Assembly (NCBI GenBank): GCA_050952625.1
Contig: JBMNLH010000001.1
Location: 800,001 to 864,000 of the forward strand
DNA length: 64,000 nucleotides
Reading direction: 5' to 3'
Source of the DNA: Bacillota bacterium
GTDB lineage: Bacteria > Bacillota > Ch66 > Ch109
Under the pieces are notes generated by a model. The model ran no database searches, had not been told where the DNA came from, and saw only the letters and a program-made list of their open reading frames with translations. Of the stretch, positions 59,558 through 64,000 are shown in pieces; the first letter of the stretch is position 1; each line of letters begins with the position of its first letter. A program made the position numbers and the translations under genes.

Positions 59558-60628
59558 ATGTCGGTTATTCCTCGCTGCTCTACTCGTCCTTTAAAGGTTG
59601 GTAGGGTGGTCATCGGTGGTGGTTCGCCGATTTCGGTTCAATCAATGACTAAGACGGATACCCGAGATGTGAAAGCAACGGTTAGACAAATATGTGAGCT
59701 AGAAGAGGCGGGCTGTGAAATTGTTCGTCTGGCGGTAGTCGATACTGAGGCGGCAGAGGCAATAAAAAAAATTCGACAGCACACTCAGCTTCCCTTAATT
59801 GCCGATATTCATTTTGATTACCGTTTAGCCTTAGAGTGTATCGAAAACGGTATTGATGGCTTGCGGATTAACCCCGGGAATATCGGTGATCGCAGTCGGG
59901 TTGAAATGATTACCCAACGAGCTTTAGATAAAAGGATTCCAGTTAGGATTGGAGTAAATGCTGGTTCGCTGGAAAGGCCTTTGCTTGACCGATATGGCGG
60001 GGTAACCGCTGAAGCCTTAGTTGAAAGTGCTTTGGGTCATATTCGGATTTTGGAGAGTCTGAGGTTTTATGATATCAAAGTATCCATCAAGGCTTCTGAT
60101 GTTCCGCTGATGCTGCAAGCTTATCGTCAACTGTCTCGAACCGTAAACTATCCTCTTCACCTTGGAGTAACAGAGGCCGGTACCCGTTATACCGGGACGA
60201 TAAAATCAGCCATTGGTATTGGCACCTTGCTAGCGGAAGGAATAGGCGACACCATCAGAGTATCTTTGACTGGTCCGCCAACGGAAGAAGTCCGCGTTGG
60301 TTTTGAGATCCTAAAAGCATTGGGTTTGCGCAGAAAGGGCGTTGAAATAGTCTCCTGTCCTACGTGTGGACGATGCCAGATTGACTTGTTGCCAGTTGTG
60401 GAAAAAATTGAGCAAGAGGTCTCAAGCATTAAAACCCCTCTCAAGGTCGCAATTATGGGTTGTGTGGTTAACGGTCCTGGCGAAGCCAGACAAGCAGATG
60501 TTGGTGTAGCCGGCGGCAAGGGGGTAGCTTTGCTTTTTAAGGAAGGAAAACCCCTTAAGAAGATTAAACAATCCGAAATGGCCGACGCTTTATTAGCAGA
60601 AATAAAAAATATGGACTTGCAGACATAG
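59558..60628 (+). CDS. ispG: HMBPP synthase IspG
   Basis: ISVQSMT, ADIHFDY, RINPGNIG, SCPTCGRC, MGCVVNGPGEA. Confidence 0.97.
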   Translation: MSVIPRCSTRPLKVGRVVIGGGSPISVQSMTKTDTRDVKATVRQICELEEAGCEIVRLAVVDTEAAEAIKKIRQHTQLPLIADIHFDYRLALECIENGIDGLRINPGNIGDRSRVEMITQRALDKRIPVRIGVNAGSLERPLLDRYGGVTAEALVESALGHIRILESLRFYDIKVSIKASDVPLMLQAYRQLSRTVNYPLHLGVTEAGTRYTGTIKSAIGIGTLLAEGIGDTIRVSLTGPPTEEVRVGFEILKALGLRRKGVEIVSCPTCGRCQIDLLPVVEKIEQEVSSIKTPLKVAIMGCVVNGPGEARQADVGVAGGKGVALLFKEGKPLKKIKQSEMADALLAEIKNMDLQT

Positions 60629-60713
60629 TTATTATACCTTAGGCGTTGGATTATTGATGATGGAAATATTATGAATCGTATGGGTTAATTATCTTTCGAA
60701 GGAGGAATACGCG

Positions 60714-62442
60714 GTGCGAACCTCTCAATTATTAGCACCTACGTTGAGGGAAGAACCAGCAGAAGCCGAAGTAATTAGTCATCGCTTAATGCTTCGGGCT
60801 GGGATGATTCGAAAAACTACTTCTGGTGTCTATACCTACCTCCCTCTTGCCCAGAGAGTGTTGTTTAAAATCGCAACAATTATTCGCGAAGAAATGAATA
60901 GAGCTGGTGGACAAGAGGTAGCACTGCCCATTATTCAGCCGGCCGAACTTTGGCAGGAAAGCGGTCGGTGGGCGGTATATGGGGATGAATTGTTTCGTCT
61001 GCAAGACCGTCATGACCGTGATTTTTGCTTAGGGCCTACCCATGAGGAGATTATTACTGATCTAGTAAGAGGAGAAGTTCATTCCTACAAGCAACTTCCT
61101 CAGCTTTTGTATCAAATCCAAAATAAATACCGAGATGAAAGAAGACCACGTTTTGGGTTAATGCGGGCCAGAGAATTCATTATGAAGGACTTATACTCTT
61201 TTGATCGGGATGCAGCTGGCTTAGAAATAAGCTATCAAAAAATGTATGAAGCTTATACGCGGGTATTCCAACGCTGTGGGTTAAAGTTTCGGGCGGTTGA
61301 GGCTGACCCGGGAGCCATTGGCGGCAATGCTAGTCACGAGTTTATGGTGTTGGCTGGTTCGGGTGAAGCGGTGGTCGTCTACTGCAGTGAATGCGGTTAT
61401 GCTGCTAATGTGGAAAAAGCTGAGGCTCAGCCAGAGTTATCGCAGGAAGACCTGGGGCCCTAGCGTTCTTGAACTGGTTTCCACGCCAGGGGTCCGGACC
61501 GTGGAGGATGGAACTGCTTTTTTTGGGATTACTCCAAAAGAGATCATTAAAACCCTTTTTTATGAAGTTGAATACGAGACCGGTCGAGAATTGGTAGCGG
61601 TGGTTATCCGGGGTGACCGGTCGATTAATGAGGTTAAATTATTAAACCGATTAGGGTGCTTAAGGGTAGAAATGGCCTCGGAGGCGAGGATTAAGGAAGC
61701 GACTGGGGCAAATCCCGGCTTTGTCGGACCAATAGGTTTACAAGGAATTCGCGTATTAGCTGATGCGGAAATACCCTTGATGGTGCAGGGAGTAGTTGGG
61801 GCTAATCAGGACAATTATCATTATCGGGGAGTTAACCCGGGCCGGGATTTCCCTTTGGATGACGTTGCTGATCTGCGGATAGTTGAAGCTGGCGAACCAT
61901 GCCCGAAATGTGGCCACCCTTTGGCAGAATCTTACGGAATTGAAGTCGGTCATATTTTTAAATTGGGAACAAAATATAGCTCCGCCATGAACGCTTACTA
62001 TTTAGATGATAAAGGACAGAAACAGTTAATGGTCATGGGTTGTTACGGTATTGGAGTTAGCCGAACTATGGCGGCAGCCATTGAACAAAATTATGACGCT
62101 AACGGGATTAAATGGCCGGTGGCTATTGCCCCTTTTCAGGTGATTGTTGTCCCGGTGAGTTATCAGGATGACCAACAAAGGCAAGTAGCTGAAATGTTAT
62201 ATGAACAATTACTCAACTTAGGAGTAGAGGTAATTCTTGACGATCGACTAGAGCGAGCAGGGGTTAAATTTAAAGATGCTGATTTGATTGGTTATCCTTA
62301 TCGCATTACGATTGGACCAAAAGCATTAAAGGAAGGTCAAATTGAAATTAGTTGTCGTTTCGCTGATCAATGTTCCCAGGTTAAAGTCGAAGAGGCTGCT
62401 GAATGGGTGGCAAATGAGATTCGCCAACAACTCCATTCTTAG
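60714..62442 (+). CDS. proS: Prolyl-tRNA synthetase, split by a +1 frameshift at 61454-61463
   Basis: N-part ([34 protein letters not shown]) stops at CCC-TAG 61458-63; the +1 frame continues with the INS domain (TPGVRTV, IKTLFY), [21 protein letters not shown] and the anticodon domain. Confidence 0.93.
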
Positions 62443-62650
62443 AGTAGCCTCTCATGCTTCTGGACAGCACTATTCAAAAGATGAAAACTATGACCGCGCC
62501 GTGTTTTTAAGAAGGTCAGCGATTGACGAATTTGCATCACACTTTAATTTGATTATTTTCAGAGTAGACCCTCATGCCGCGTTGCGGCACAATTGGTGCT
62601 ATTCTAGATAACTTGCAAGGTAAAACGCAGGGGAATAGGGGGGATGGGCT

Positions 62651-63313
62651 GTGAGTGAATATGATATGGTTATTAGACTGGCACTTGCCTGTTTCCTGGG
62701 TGCATTGATTGGCTTAGAACGAGAGAGTTTAGCCCGTCCAGCCGGTTTAAGAACCTATACTTTGGTGTGTATGGGGTCAGCCCTAGCGATGATTGTCTCT
62801 CAGGAGATGTATTTTAAATATCATAATACAGTCACCGCTGATCCAGGAAGAATTGCTGCTCAGGTAATAAGCGGTATTGGTTTTCTTGGAGCCGGTACCA
62901 TTATGCGCGAAGGAGCCAACATTACTGGGTTAACTACCGCTGCCGGCTTATGGGTAGTAGCCTGTGTCGGTTTGGCCTGCGGAGCTGGATTGTACTTAGC
63001 GGCCGTTGCGACTACCGGTTTCATTCTGCTGGTTCTGGTCTACTTTTTTAAAGTAGAAGAGAAATTTAGCGGGATGCGGGAATACAAGCACTTTAAGGTT
63101 ATAGTCCATGACCGGCCCGGGGCTATTGGAAAAGTGGGTACTGCTTTAGGCGAAGATGGGGTGCATATTAAAAACCTTACCCTAAGTCACGCCGAAGGGG
63201 AACAGTTAGTACTGGATTTAATGCTGCGTATCCCACCCTTTATTAAACCCAAGTTAGTCGCGGACAAGCTATACGGTGTGCCTGGTGTTTTTAAAGTGGA
63301 ACACCAAGACTAG
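62651..63313 (+). CDS. MgtC/SapB family membrane protein with C-terminal ACT domain
   Basis: IGLERE..RPAGLRTY, DPGRIAAQVISGIGFLGAG, GLTTAA, DRPGAIGKVG. Confidence 0.93.
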   Translation: MSEYDMVIRLALACFLGALIGLERESLARPAGLRTYTLVCMGSALAMIVSQEMYFKYHNTVTADPGRIAAQVISGIGFLGAGTIMREGANITGLTTAAGLWVVACVGLACGAGLYLAAVATTGFILLVLVYFFKVEEKFSGMREYKHFKVIVHDRPGAIGKVGTALGEDGVHIKNLTLSHAEGEQLVLDLMLRIPPFIKPKLVADKLYGVPGVFKVEHQD

Positions 63314-63423
63314 ATTTTGCCAATTAGACTTTGGACGTTAAATCTCTACCACTTATAAACCCTACTAGATAAATCTTAGCTAATGTTTAAAACTAGTACC
63401 TAAAATGAGGGAGGGACTGGTTA

Positions 63424-64000
63424 ATGACCAGAAGTGGTCCTCAACCCCAGACAGAAGCCAGGGACGAAAGTCACTGGCTTAACAATTCATCTCTACCCAT
63501 TTCAATTCGGGAAGCTCTTGAAAAAAGCGAAGTAGACCAGGTTGAGGTGGATAGGAGGGCTCGAAGCTGGGCAGTACACTTGCTCTTACCGGGACCGATC
63601 GATGCGAGACATCTGCAACAGATAGTTGAGATCTGGCAGAAGCGAATTCCAGATCTCCAGCAGGTTCAGTGGAAAATACATTATCAGTATTCGCCGGACC
63701 GGGTAGTTAACTTATTAAGCAGAGATTGGCCGGGCTTTGTGAATCAGATTATAAAAGATATTCCTTCATTAAAAGGTTGGCTGGAAAATTCCTCTTGTCA
63801 TGTGACAGACAATAACCGGCTGGTAGTGGTGTTGTTTAGCCGATTAGCCTATCAGTGGTTGGAGGGTAAAGGTGCCCGGGGGTTGCTGACGAATTGGTTT
63901 CAGCGGCATTTGGGGTGGTCTCCCCAGGTATTCTGGGATGTCGATGAGACCGGTGTCCAACAACTACGAGAGACCGCAGAAGCTGATCAGCGTTATGTAG
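63424..64000 (+). CDS. polC: Probable PolC-type DNA polymerase III, N-terminal part (runs off window)
   Basis: ORF open from ATG 63424 (GAGGGAGGG RBS) to the window end; VDQVEVDRRARSWAVHL resembles the PolC N-terminal domain; proS-polC synteny. Confidence 0.7.
   Translation, partial: MTRSGPQPQTEARDESHWLNNSSLPISIREALEKSEVDQVEVDRRARSWAVHLLLPGPIDARHLQQIVEIWQKRIPDLQQVQWKIHYQYSPDRVVNLLSRDWPGFVNQIIKDIPSLKGWLENSSCHVTDNNRLVVVLFSRLAYQWLEGKGARGLLTNWFQRHLGWSPQVFWDVDETGVQQLRETAEADQRYV

Noticed and set aside
62342-62611. 89-aa ORF overlapping the proS end
   Set aside because: No RBS or recognisable motif, and it overlaps proS by 100 nt; likely spurious

Overview
Core-chromosome region of a spore-forming Firmicute (Clostridia-like; Peptococcaceae/Desulfitobacteriia-type gene order is my inference). 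All credible genes are on the + strand. Order: rpsP-khpA-rimM-trmD-SPOUT methyltransferase-rplS-rbgA-rnhB-FliK-like-FlhB(C)-like-yraN-comM-DUF4870-dprA-topA-trmFO-xerC-hslV-hslU(frameshifted)-codY. Next come a c-di-GMP-I riboswitch and a ~32 kb fla/che cluster (flgB to sigD, fapA, SwrB-like), then rpsB-tsf-pyrH-frr-uppS-cdsA-ytvI-dxr-rseP-ispG-proS(frameshifted)-mgtC-polC(5' part). I saw no rRNA, tRNA, CRISPR array or transposase. The gene content is ordinary, so the interesting signals are at finer scale. (1) The last 60 codons of sigD are almost entirely A/C-ending (54/60) and run directly into a 17-bp direct repeat element (AGGAGCACCGTATCTAA x2) with a structured spacer; the skew is one-sided. 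(2) A small TIGR02530-type protein with an RNase-toxin-like F-S-x-H-A-x-x-R motif is followed by a two-hairpin RNA at the 5' end of flgE and a 16-bp hairpin at its 3' end, suggesting an mRNA processing or stabilisation module for the hook gene. (3) FlgE carries a D2 domain nested inside another D2 domain. (4) proS is split at a CCC-TAG +1 shifty site. (5) A consensus SigH promoter and Spo0A boxes lie downstream of the riboswitch terminator. All functional interpretations are inferences from hand reading; no database searches were run.
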